Source of the DNA: Oligoflexales bacterium
GTDB lineage: Bacteria > Bdellovibrionota_B > Oligoflexia > Oligoflexales > Bog-1112
NCBI GenBank assembly: GCA_045105515.1
Contig: JBGCDR010000045.1
Location: 11,720 to 75,719 of the forward strand
DNA length: 64,000 nucleotides
Direction: 5' to 3'
Shown: piece after piece, positions 51,485-60,831 of the stretch
Layout of the letters: every line of letters begins with the position of its first letter
How positions within the stretch are numbered: the first letter of the stretch is position 1
Made by a program: the position numbers and the translations under genes
The notes under the pieces: generated by a model
Told to the model about the DNA's origin: nothing
The model's database searches: none
Seen by the model: only the letters and a program-made list of their open reading frames with translations

Positions 51485-53581
51485 ATGAAATATATAGTCA
51501 GCATTTCTTTTGGCACCTCTAAACAGAATTATGATCGCACTTTCAAATTCCGTGACAACTCTGTCCGCATTTCCCAGTATGGCGCAGATTTTGATACCAC
51601 CGTGGTAGCTCATTTATTAAAGAAATTTGATGGTCATTGTGATGTAATCGCTTTGTCAGGATTTCAACCACCGGTTAGAGTGGGTCGTAAGACTTTTCAT
51701 CATCCTGATTCAGAGCGGCTTAAGTCAATTCCAAAAAAAACTCCAATCACTATGGGTTATGTGTTTCATAGATCATTTTTTCCGTGGGCTGTAGGGCGCT
51801 CGGGCATAGGTAAAAGACTTTTTCAGCAGTCTGCTATTCTCTTTGCCTCTGGCTTAGCAAGCCAAGGAATGGCAGAAACATTGTCTGAGTATACACAAAA
51901 ACTATATTTTGCAGATCCGGTGTTTCATTGGGGTCTTCCTCACTATCTTTACGGTTTAGAGGAACTCTCAGACTACGTTAGTCGGTTTGCTCCACTCCTG
52001 CGTTTGAAGACTTTTGCTAAGACCTCAAGAAATGTTTGTATCTTCCCTAAATGGGCAAGTATGCACCCACGCTTTCAACAAATTGAGCAAGCGGAGATCT
52101 TCGTTGCAACCGCAACCTTAGCTGAGCGGTTTGAATATGGTACCTTTAAGGATAAAATTCTTTTACTTGATCATGTACCAGTGCATCTATCCAGACAACT
52201 GAAGCGAGCAGGAGTTCAAGAGATCCTTTGCTTTCTTCCAGATCAGCCCTTTATTGATACACCTGCAAGCTTGAGTTACGGTGTTTGGGAAGCTTTGCTG
52301 CAGCTTGGAAAGGCAGATGATCGGGATATCGGATTTGACGACGTACTTGAATTAATCGAAGATGCCAAGCTGAAGCCACGGATGCACACATTAAACCATC
52401 ATACAATTAAACCAGGCAGAAAATTTGCTTTTATTGTTCATCCTTTAAGTGTCCAAGATTTATTCAGGCACCCCTTGCTGAGTCCTGTGAAAAAAGTAGC
52501 AAGCCCATTTAATGGGCTGATTGAACAAGGATTAAAAAAATTACCAGGAAGGCCCTATGGTCGCATTCAAGGAGTGGTGAGTGAAAAGGATGGCCAAAGG
52601 GTAGAGGGGCTAGTTTACACTCTTTTTGATACCCCTAAACAACTCTTGGCAGCTAAGCCTGAGGAAGTTTACAAAAAATTGATTAGACTGTGCGAGCGAG
52701 CTAAACAAGATGGAGCCCATATTGTTGGCTTAGGTGCGTTTACTAAAGTGGTTGGAGATGCTGGTGTCACGGTAGCTGCAGCCAGCCCCATTCCTGTAAC
52801 AACAGGAAACTCTTTGTCTGCGTCTGCATCTTTATGGGCAGCCAAAGTTGCATGCAAAAAAATGGGGATCCTGGAACATAAAACTCCCGATAAAAGGTAT
52901 CGAGCTACTGCTATGATTGTGGGTGCAACAGGTAGCATCGGAGCAGTTTCGGCAAAACTATTATCCAAGGTGGTTGATAAATTAGTTTTGACAGCACCTA
53001 GACCAAACAAACTTCTAGAAATAAAAGATGAAATAGAGGCTCTTTCTCCCGGAGTTTCCATAAAAATTGCAACTAATAACAACAAATATTTGTCAGATAG
53101 TGACTTAATTGTCATCTCCACTAGCTCTCCAGATGGAAATGTCTTTGATCTGGGAAAGGTTAAGCCTGGCGCAGTAATTTGCGATGTTTCAAGGCCACTA
53201 ACCTTCGGTGCAGAGCAGGCAGCTACCAGGCCGGATGTGTTAATCGTTGAAAGCGGCGAGGTTGTTCTTCCTGGCGATTATTCGGTTAGCTGTGACCTAG
53301 GTCTTGAAGATAATATTGTCTATGCATGCCTGGCAGAAACTGCTCTTTTAGCGCTAGATGGTCGTATGGAGAATTTTACTATTTCTCGTACCATAGATTA
53401 TGAAAAAGTTAGCGATATTTATGAAATAGCTAGGATACATGGAGCAAAATTAGCAGCTATTCGTGGACCTAGTGGTCTTATTACCGATCAGGAAATCTTG
53501 TTGTGCCGTGAGCATGCAGAACTTAAAAAGCAGAGTTTCAAAATTCGAAGACCATCTTTCGAAAGGCTTATGCATGAATAA
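51485..53581 (+). CDS. Two-part protein: unknown N-terminal domain plus a long-chain acyl-ACP reductase-like domain
   Basis: C-terminal half has FAFIVHP, GLGAFTKVV, TTGNS, VGATGSIG, CDVSRP and ACLAE (catalytic Cys position of cyanobacterial AAR). Confidence 0.7.
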   Translation: MKYIVSISFGTSKQNYDRTFKFRDNSVRISQYGADFDTTVVAHLLKKFDGHCDVIALSGFQPPVRVGRKTFHHPDSERLKSIPKKTPITMGYVFHRSFFPWAVGRSGIGKRLFQQSAILFASGLASQGMAETLSEYTQKLYFADPVFHWGLPHYLYGLEELSDYVSRFAPLLRLKTFAKTSRNVCIFPKWASMHPRFQQIEQAEIFVATATLAERFEYGTFKDKILLLDHVPVHLSRQLKRAGVQEILCFLPDQPFIDTPASLSYGVWEALLQLGKADDRDIGFDDVLELIEDAKLKPRMHTLNHHTIKPGRKFAFIVHPLSVQDLFRHPLLSPVKKVASPFNGLIEQGLKKLPGRPYGRIQGVVSEKDGQRVEGLVYTLFDTPKQLLAAKPEEVYKKLIRLCERAKQDGAHIVGLGAFTKVVGDAGVTVAAASPIPVTTGNSLSASASLWAAKVACKKMGILEHKTPDKRYRATAMIVGATGSIGAVSAKLLSKVVDKLVLTAPRPNKLLEIKDEIEALSPGVSIKIATNNNKYLSDSDLIVISTSSPDGNVFDLGKVKPGAVICDVSRPLTFGAEQAATRPDVLIVESGEVVLPGDYSVSCDLGLEDNIVYACLAETALLALDGRMENFTISRTIDYEKVSDIYEIARIHGAKLAAIRGPSGLITDQEILLCREHAELKKQSFKIRRPSFERLMHE

Positions 53582-54689
53582 TAAAGCATACTTTTCAAAA
53601 CTAAATTACACCTTGGCTAACGAAGATAGTAGTTTAGAGTATCAAATGGTCAAAGAGCTTAAACCTGAAAGGGTCTTGAGTGTATGCGGTAGTGGAGGTC
53701 GGGCTTTGCCCCTTGCTGCTCACACTAGAAAAGATCTGGTTTGCTGTGATATGGCAGAAGAACAGTTGCTACTTGGAAAACATCGGATGGCAACTTACTC
53801 CCTCGATTTTCGTGATTTTTTGATGTATTGGGGGTTTGCTCCTTTCTCAACGACAGAAAACCGTGGTATTCGTCAGGAAATATTTTCGCAGTTAACCCTA
53901 GATGAAAAGACCCGAGCTTATTTTGATGACTTATATCACCAGATTGAATATGAAGGGATCTTATACCATGGTAGTTGGGAGAAGACTTTTACTGGGGTTC
54001 CCCTAACTCTAAAAAGATTAATCGGTGGTAGCTATGATAAAATCTTTAACTTCACTGATTTAGAGGAGCAAAAACGTTATTTCGATAAAGCTCTTGAAGA
54101 CTCTTTGTGGCTTGCTGTTCCGCGCATGGTCTTAAAGGCATTTGGTAATGCAGCATTTTTCAATGCGTTCTTATATAAAGGTAATTTTGCAAAAAAGAAT
54201 ATACCTGAATCCCATTATGAAATTTACCGAAAAGCTTATAGAAGGCTTTTTTATCAAGGATTAACCAGGGAAAATTTTTTTCTGCAGCTCTCATTTCTAG
54301 GAAGAATTGCTTACCCAGAGGCAAATCCTGTTGAAGCTAAAGAGGAGTTTTTTCCAGAAATTGTTTTGGGTCTTAAACAATGTCATGTAACTTTTGAAAA
54401 AAAAGATATCATAGATTGTGCCGTCGAAGCCACTGAAGGATTTAACTTTGTTTCCTTTAGTGATGTACCTTCCTATTTATCGGGAATATCGGAACGAGAT
54501 TACCTACAGAGACTAAAAAATGGCTTGCGGCATAATGCTCTTGTGGTCGTCCGGTGCTACCTGAGAATTCCCGAAAATACTGATTTGTCGGGATATGAAG
54601 ATGTTACTGAAAAGTATCAAAATCTCATCGATGCAGAACAAACTCAAGTTTACAGAATTTTTGTTTATCAATTCAGGGGAAATTTATGA
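53574..54689 (+). CDS. DUF3419/BtaA-like SAM-dependent 3-amino-3-carboxypropyltransferase
   Basis: LNYTLANED, VLSVCGSGG, GSWEK, ENFF and SFSDVPSY; the ATG at 53574 overlaps the upstream stop. Confidence 0.7.
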   Translation: MNNKAYFSKLNYTLANEDSSLEYQMVKELKPERVLSVCGSGGRALPLAAHTRKDLVCCDMAEEQLLLGKHRMATYSLDFRDFLMYWGFAPFSTTENRGIRQEIFSQLTLDEKTRAYFDDLYHQIEYEGILYHGSWEKTFTGVPLTLKRLIGGSYDKIFNFTDLEEQKRYFDKALEDSLWLAVPRMVLKAFGNAAFFNAFLYKGNFAKKNIPESHYEIYRKAYRRLFYQGLTRENFFLQLSFLGRIAYPEANPVEAKEEFFPEIVLGLKQCHVTFEKKDIIDCAVEATEGFNFVSFSDVPSYLSGISERDYLQRLKNGLRHNALVVVRCYLRIPENTDLSGYEDVTEKYQNLIDAEQTQVYRIFVYQFRGNL

Positions 54690-56098
54690 ACTGTGTCAAA
54701 CTTGTACTTGCTGCTATAAAAAAAGAACCAGAAAAAATTGCTATTCAAATGATCCGGGGAGATAAGGCCAGCTTTAGAGAATTGGAAGTTATAGCTCGAA
54801 AAACACAGGCATTGTTGCTTGAAAAAGGGGTCCAAAAAGGGGATCATGTCTTGCTCTTTATTCCTTTGAGTCCAATGCTATATGGTACGATCATTGGACT
54901 TGCAGCAATGGGAGTTTCTATTGTTCTTGTTGAGCCTTGGATGCCAGTAGCAAAAATTAATAGGTTGATAGGCAAAATAAGACCAAAAGCTTTTATTACT
55001 GGAAGTCTGGGTATGCTTTGGGGGATGCGGTCTCAAGGGGTACGTAATATTCCTCTATGGCTTAAGGAACGTTCTATCGATCAAATGATTGGAATAAATG
55101 ACTTAAAAATTGAGGAACAGCTCGATGAGGCACCAGCAATTATTACCTTTACCACTGGGACCACTGGAGAACCTAAGGGGATGATTAGAAGTCATAGCTA
55201 TTTGGCGGACCAGCACCGTATCTTATCCGCCTCTTTAGGTAGTGAACTCGGTCCCGACTTGTGTATATTTGCTAATTTTGCATTGGGAAACCTAGCTTCT
55301 GGGAGGACCTCAATCATTGTTACCCCTAAATGGAAAGTAAAAGACCTCAATGCTCTGGATAGTCTGCCAGATGATTTAGCACCACAAAGTTTGACATGTG
55401 GCCCTGGATTTTTGCTTAAATTGATGAAGCACGCGAATGTGCCTTCACTAAAATCTATTCATGTGGGTGGAGCACTCACTGATTGTTGGATATTTGAGCA
55501 TGCTTTTGATAAATGGCCATCTACTCATTTTACTCATCTATATGGAAGTACAGAAGTTGAACCCGTTGCCTTGGTAGATGCAAAGCTTGCAGTGAAAAAA
55601 AGCAGAGAAGCTGGATTTTTCCAGACTGTCTTTTTAGGAAAACCCATCGAGTCCATTAAATCTCGAATTGAGGCTGATACGGTCTGGGTAAGTGGACCCC
55701 ATGTTTGTCCGAAGTATCTCTATAACCCGAGCGAAAATCATAAAAATAAGCATACTGATCATGATGGCCAGGTATGGCATCGTATGGGTGACCGTATTAA
55801 GCAGGATGAAGGTTTTTGGTGGTATAGAGGCCGTTCAGGTCAAGCTGAAGAATCATTCATGAATGAGCAATATCTTTATAAAGCGATAGGATCGAGTGCA
55901 GGTTTTCTTAATGAAGAAGGTGGGATACCCATATATTATGGGCAGAATGCAAGCCTGCAGAAGGATGTAATCCAAAGGGCTATTCCTCGGATTACGAAAG
56001 TAATGAGCATTAATATAAAGCGGGATCCGCGTCATAAAGCCCGTATAGATCGGGTTGCGAGTATGAATGCAAGGCATTGGATTGGAGGGATTTTATGA
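54686..56098 (+). CDS. ANL-superfamily adenylation enzyme, OleC-like
   Basis: FTTGTTGEPKG, YGSTEVEP, VSGPHV, WHRMGD, GR and C-terminal DPRHKARID. Confidence 0.8.
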   Translation: MNCVKLVLAAIKKEPEKIAIQMIRGDKASFRELEVIARKTQALLLEKGVQKGDHVLLFIPLSPMLYGTIIGLAAMGVSIVLVEPWMPVAKINRLIGKIRPKAFITGSLGMLWGMRSQGVRNIPLWLKERSIDQMIGINDLKIEEQLDEAPAIITFTTGTTGEPKGMIRSHSYLADQHRILSASLGSELGPDLCIFANFALGNLASGRTSIIVTPKWKVKDLNALDSLPDDLAPQSLTCGPGFLLKLMKHANVPSLKSIHVGGALTDCWIFEHAFDKWPSTHFTHLYGSTEVEPVALVDAKLAVKKSREAGFFQTVFLGKPIESIKSRIEADTVWVSGPHVCPKYLYNPSENHKNKHTDHDGQVWHRMGDRIKQDEGFWWYRGRSGQAEESFMNEQYLYKAIGSSAGFLNEEGGIPIYYGQNASLQKDVIQRAIPRITKVMSINIKRDPRHKARIDRVASMNARHWIGGIL

Positions 56099-56946
56099 GG
56101 AGTCCATGGGTAGAATATTTGCGTGAACGCTTTCCTTTGCCTGTCTATCTCACCCTTGTAGGTGGTTTTGTTAGTTCAGGCGCAATACTGAGTGGAAAGC
56201 CTTTTAGCCTGATGAGTGTCGTTACAGCATTTTTTGCAGTCTTGTCTTTCTTTGGATTACTTAGGTTAATGGATGAGTTTAAGGACTATGATATCGACTT
56301 GATCGCTCACCCTGAGAGGCCCTTACCAAGGGGGCTGCTAGGTGTTAGACAGGTTAAAAAAATAATCATTAGATGGGAAGTACTGATGCTTATGCTTGCC
56401 CCTTTTATTGGCTTAATTTTTAATTGGCAAGCTGCAAGTATTTATATTTTAATGATCGGGCACCTTTGGCTCATGTACAAAGAATTCTATGTGAGTGAGT
56501 GGATAGAAAAACATACTATCCTATATGCATTTTCTCATCAGCTTGTTCTCATTTGGGTTTGTAGTTTTTGCGTGGTTATAGCTAATCATTCTGGATTATT
56601 TAAAGCCGAAACATGGTGGTATGGAACTTTGATACTTGGATCATTCTTCACCTATGAAATTTGTCGCAAACTTGATCCTAGAGCCCATGAAATGTTACGA
56701 ACCTATCGTAATTTATTTGGACTTATACAGACAGGTATTTTGCTTATGTTTTCTTGCCTTATAGCATGCTTGTCAGCTTGGAAATTGGGTTTAGGCTTCC
56801 CACTTTGGATTGCCAGTATGGCAGTTGTTGGAGCATATTGTTGCTTTGCTAAGAAAAATTTTAAGACCGTTGAGTCAGTGGCTACCCTTTCACTTGTTCT
56901 CCATCTATGGACTTTGCCTCTTCTAAAACTATTGGAGTCAATATGA
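56095..56946 (+). CDS. UbiA-superfamily membrane prenyl/alkyl transferase
   Basis: YLRERFP, RLMDEFKDYDIDLIAHPERPLPRG and YEICRK; multiple TM helices; ATGA overlap with the upstream gene. Confidence 0.8.
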   Translation: MRSPWVEYLRERFPLPVYLTLVGGFVSSGAILSGKPFSLMSVVTAFFAVLSFFGLLRLMDEFKDYDIDLIAHPERPLPRGLLGVRQVKKIIIRWEVLMLMLAPFIGLIFNWQAASIYILMIGHLWLMYKEFYVSEWIEKHTILYAFSHQLVLIWVCSFCVVIANHSGLFKAETWWYGTLILGSFFTYEICRKLDPRAHEMLRTYRNLFGLIQTGILLMFSCLIACLSAWKLGLGFPLWIASMAVVGAYCCFAKKNFKTVESVATLSLVLHLWTLPLLKLLESI

Positions 56947-59672
56947 GACAAATCATCCTAAATGCAAATCGATCCATTGCGGAGTTCGTAAAATATGGTG
57001 GCGGTAAAGCCAAGAATATGGCTTTGTTGACGCAAAAAAATTACTTAGTGCCTCACTGGTTTTGTATAGGAACTTATGGTTTTGATTTATTTGTTAAAGA
57101 GCACGATCTTAGATCTGAGCTCAGAATTCAAAGCGAAAATTTTGCTTCAGAAGCCATGCGTATTGAGGGCCTATTTAGTCAGCTTCCAATGCCTTTAGTC
57201 ATCAAAGAAAGTATAGCTGCAGCAATGAAGGATAATAGCCTTGAAAACGAATTCGTAGCAGTTCGATCTAGTGGCTTAGATGAGGATTCACCGGACCATT
57301 CCTTTGCAGGTCAATATTCATCATTCCTTTATCAAAAAGGGATTGAACAGCTTATAAGTAGCTTGAAGTTATGCTGGGCTAGTGGATTTTCTGAGCGCTC
57401 CTTGAGTTATCGAAAAGAGCGTTCAATTAGCCTCGACGGGATACGTGTGGGTGTCCTTATCCAAAAGATGGTGAACCCAAAGTCAGCTGGAGTTGCCTTT
57501 TCGCGCCATCCTATTAAAGTTCTTGAACGGGAAAAAGTTCTCATTAGTTCTGTTTGGGGCTTAGGAGAAGGTTTGGTAAGCGGTGCATTAGATGCTGATG
57601 AGTTTGAGGTAGAACGTAGTAGCCGGGTAGTTGATGGAAAGGTTGCTAACAAGGAGTTTAAGTACCATAGATGTGATCTAGGTGGAATTGAGAAAGTATT
57701 ACTTTCTGATGAATCCAGACAGGCACCTTCTATAGATGATGAGCAAATTAGGGAAGTTTGTGATTTATGTATTAAGCTTGAACAAGACTTTGGAGTTCCA
57801 CAGGATTGCGAATGGGTCTATGAAAATAAACAATTATTTTTAGTCCAAACGAGGCCAATTACAAACCTGCCAAAAGATGCTTTTTTTGATTCAAAAGTGA
57901 ATGGACATAACCCTATCCTTTGGGACAACTCGAATATAGTAGAATCCTATTCTGGGGTAACTTCACCTCTAACATTTAGCTTTGCTAGTCGAGCTTACCA
58001 GCAGGTCTATGTGCAATTCTGTGAGCTAATGGGTGTTCCAGAAGATTTAGTCCAAGAGTACGAACCAATCTTCAGAAATATGTTGGGGCTTATAAGAGGG
58101 AGGATCTATTATAATCTTATCAATTGGTACCAGCTTGTTTTAATGCTACCTGGGTCAAGTAGTAATAAAGGTTTTATGGAAACCATGATGGGTGTCAAGG
58201 ATCAAGTGAGACCTGAGCTGAAAGAAATCTTCAAAAAAGTTGAAAATCCTCCAGAGTATAGTTTCGTAAAGCGTGTTTGGCTTACCATTAAAACCTTCCA
58301 AAGGTTTGTTGGTATTGATAGCATCATCAATAGTTTTCAGACCCACTTTAATCACGTTTATGAGGAGGCAAAGCAGGTTGACTTTGCTTCTTTGTCCTTG
58401 AGTAAACAGATGGACTATTATCATCACCTTGAGCGGCAATTGCTTAAGAGGTGGCATGCACCCATAATTAACGATTATCTATGCATGTTGTTTTTTGGTC
58501 TGTTGAAAAAACTTACCGATGCTTGGATTTCTGGTGAAGTCAAGAACGATACACTCCAAAATGATCTCCTTTGTGGAGAAGGGGGTTTAGATAGTACTGA
58601 GCCAACTAAATGTTTAATGCGCATCGCAAAAAAGATCGATCAAGGAGAGGTAAAAATTCGTACTTGGTTTTTGTCTCATGACCCTGAAGATCTGTGGGCA
58701 CAGTTTCAATCAGGCCTGGGTCCCTTGGATATCTATAAACAATTTACTTATTTTCTCGATCAGTTTGGTTTCCGTTGTGTTAACGAGCTTAAGCTTGAGG
58801 AACAAGATTTACATGATGATCCAAGTTTTGTTGTTGGTTCTGTGCAGAGTTATATTCGTTCTAAGTCCTACCATATTGAAGAAATGGAAAAACGTGAACG
58901 GTTTATAAGGTCAGAGGCTGAAAAAAAAGTAAAATCTTTGATAAAGACTTGGCAAAAGCCAATTTATCTATGGGTTCTTAGCCAAGCTCGGAAAGCAGTT
59001 AAGAATAGAGAAAACCTCAGGTTTGCTCGAACTAAATTTTTCGGAATTTCAAGGCACCTATTTCGCAGTATGGGAGGGAATCTGTGCAAGCTAGGTCATT
59101 TGGCTTCAGAAAAAGACATCTTTTTTATTACTATTGAAGAATTAGTAGCTTTTGTGGAAGGTCGGGCGCTTTTGACTGATTTTAAAGAGCTAGTAAATAC
59201 AAGGAAAAGAGAGTTTTTAGAATATCAAAATACTCCTGAGCCGCCTGAGAGATTTACAACTCAAGGAGCTGCAACAGCAGCCTGCTCTTTTACTGCAGTA
59301 TTGGCTGAAGCAGATCTGCTACGTAATAAATTCCTCAGTGATGATCCCAATGTTTTTTTTGGAACTCCTTGCTGTCCAGGAATAGTCGAAGGAGTCGTTA
59401 GGGTAGTTAAATCCCTTGATGATGCAAAAGGGCTTGATGGGGAAATACTTATTACGGCAAGGACTGATCCTGGATGGGTTCCATTATATCCATCTTGTTC
59501 CGGATTGATTATTGAACGAGGCAGTTTATTATCCCATTCAGCGGTAGTAGCAAGAGAATTGGGTTTACCCACTATTGTTGGTGTTAATGGTAGCCTTGTG
59601 AGCAAGATATCTACAGGAATGAGGGTTAGAATTGATGCGGGTAAGGGAGAAGTAAAAATCTTGGAGCAATAA
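56943..59672 (+). CDS. PEP synthase / rifampin phosphotransferase-like enzyme (ATP-grasp, substrate domain, swivelling His domain)
   Basis: GGKA, AVRSS..DED..SFAGQY, QKMV, GLGEGLVSG, QTRPIT, TDPGW and SHSAVVARELG; ATGA overlap. Confidence 0.9.
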   Translation: MRQIILNANRSIAEFVKYGGGKAKNMALLTQKNYLVPHWFCIGTYGFDLFVKEHDLRSELRIQSENFASEAMRIEGLFSQLPMPLVIKESIAAAMKDNSLENEFVAVRSSGLDEDSPDHSFAGQYSSFLYQKGIEQLISSLKLCWASGFSERSLSYRKERSISLDGIRVGVLIQKMVNPKSAGVAFSRHPIKVLEREKVLISSVWGLGEGLVSGALDADEFEVERSSRVVDGKVANKEFKYHRCDLGGIEKVLLSDESRQAPSIDDEQIREVCDLCIKLEQDFGVPQDCEWVYENKQLFLVQTRPITNLPKDAFFDSKVNGHNPILWDNSNIVESYSGVTSPLTFSFASRAYQQVYVQFCELMGVPEDLVQEYEPIFRNMLGLIRGRIYYNLINWYQLVLMLPGSSSNKGFMETMMGVKDQVRPELKEIFKKVENPPEYSFVKRVWLTIKTFQRFVGIDSIINSFQTHFNHVYEEAKQVDFASLSLSKQMDYYHHLERQLLKRWHAPIINDYLCMLFFGLLKKLTDAWISGEVKNDTLQNDLLCGEGGLDSTEPTKCLMRIAKKIDQGEVKIRTWFLSHDPEDLWAQFQSGLGPLDIYKQFTYFLDQFGFRCVNELKLEEQDLHDDPSFVVGSVQSYIRSKSYHIEEMEKRERFIRSEAEKKVKSLIKTWQKPIYLWVLSQARKAVKNRENLRFARTKFFGISRHLFRSMGGNLCKLGHLASEKDIFFITIEELVAFVEGRALLTDFKELVNTRKREFLEYQNTPEPPERFTTQGAATAACSFTAVLAEADLLRNKFLSDDPNVFFGTPCCPGIVEGVVRVVKSLDDAKGLDGEILITARTDPGWVPLYPSCSGLIIERGSLLSHSAVVARELGLPTIVGVNGSLVSKISTGMRVRIDAGKGEVKILEQ

Positions 59673-60694
59673 TGAATATTGAAATTATTCCAGCTAAGAT
59701 CGATCAATTGAGGGTAGAAGATTTTTGCAAATTTCAGCAAACGCATGGAAATCGCGAGTATGATAAAGGATTTTTACCTACAAAGGTTTGGCAACAATTT
59801 CTTGAGCAAGCTCCAGAATCTCTTGCTGAATTCTGGCTTGCTTATTATGAGGATAAGCCTGTAGGTAGGATTGGTGCTTCCCTTATGCCATCATATCAAG
59901 GGCTAGGAAGCATCGGTTTTTTTGAATGCGATTTAACTCTAAGTTCATATCGAGAAATAATCTTCGCTCTTTTGCAAAAAGCCATTGATTGGTTGAAGGC
60001 CAGATCATGTTATAAAGCAGTTGGACCAATGAATATGAACACTTGGTTTCCATATCGTTTTCGTAGCGATGAAGATATTGTTAAACGCTATATTTGGGAA
60101 CCTGTACACCCTCCTGAATATCTTGAGGAATGGATTAGCTTCGGATTTTCTGTAAATGCAAGATATAAGGCTTTCAATACAGATCAACTTGCTGGTTTTA
60201 TAAGAAAGACTAAACCTTCTTATAATAGTTGTATAGAAAAGGGTTTTCACTTCCGTGACTTCGATCAGGACTGTTTCTTAGAACGTGATGTCCCGATTCT
60301 TTATGAAATGAGTATGGAATGTTTTAAAGACAACTATTTGTTCGAACCTATCAGCCTAGATTCTTTTCGCTCTCTCTATGTACCAATAGCAGATAAGATA
60401 GATCATTCTTTAGGCCAGCTTTGCTTTGCAAAGGATGGAAGCCCTGCCGGTTTTGGCTTTTCTTTTATCGATGGTGATTCTTTTGTACTAAAAACTCTAG
60501 CAACAATGCCTCAGCAGCGAGGGCATGGTATCAGCAATGCTTTGGCTTATTTGGCTGGAACTACAGCCTATGACAGAGGTTTTAACAACTACATTACTGC
60601 AATTATACATGCTGGAGCACAGAGTGAATCCTATGGAAAAAAAGGTAACATCATCTGGGAACATAACTACGATCTCCTTGAAATATCGATCTAA
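59672..60694 (+). CDS. GNAT-fold acyltransferase (tandem GNAT)
   Basis: VGRIGAS, GFFEC, GPMN and C-terminal LKTLATMPQQRGHGIS (acyl-CoA-binding motif A). Confidence 0.75.
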   Translation: MNIEIIPAKIDQLRVEDFCKFQQTHGNREYDKGFLPTKVWQQFLEQAPESLAEFWLAYYEDKPVGRIGASLMPSYQGLGSIGFFECDLTLSSYREIIFALLQKAIDWLKARSCYKAVGPMNMNTWFPYRFRSDEDIVKRYIWEPVHPPEYLEEWISFGFSVNARYKAFNTDQLAGFIRKTKPSYNSCIEKGFHFRDFDQDCFLERDVPILYEMSMECFKDNYLFEPISLDSFRSLYVPIADKIDHSLGQLCFAKDGSPAGFGFSFIDGDSFVLKTLATMPQQRGHGISNALAYLAGTTAYDRGFNNYITAIIHAGAQSESYGKKGNIIWEHNYDLLEISI

Positions 60695-60831
60695 GTCCGC
60701 TGCCTAATGGATAATTTTGCTTAAATTTGATAGAATTTATTTGCAATTGAGCACTAATCATCGAAAGCATTTCCTTGTTAAATACAAGTTCAATGATTAT
60801 ATAGAGATATACCGAAAATGGAGGTTTAGCT

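Noticed and set aside
56943..59672. Rifampin resistance gene or gluconeogenic ppsA
   Set aside because: The domain order is RPH-like and not PpsA-like, and the gene is embedded in a biosynthetic operon; a resistance function cannot be supported from sequence.
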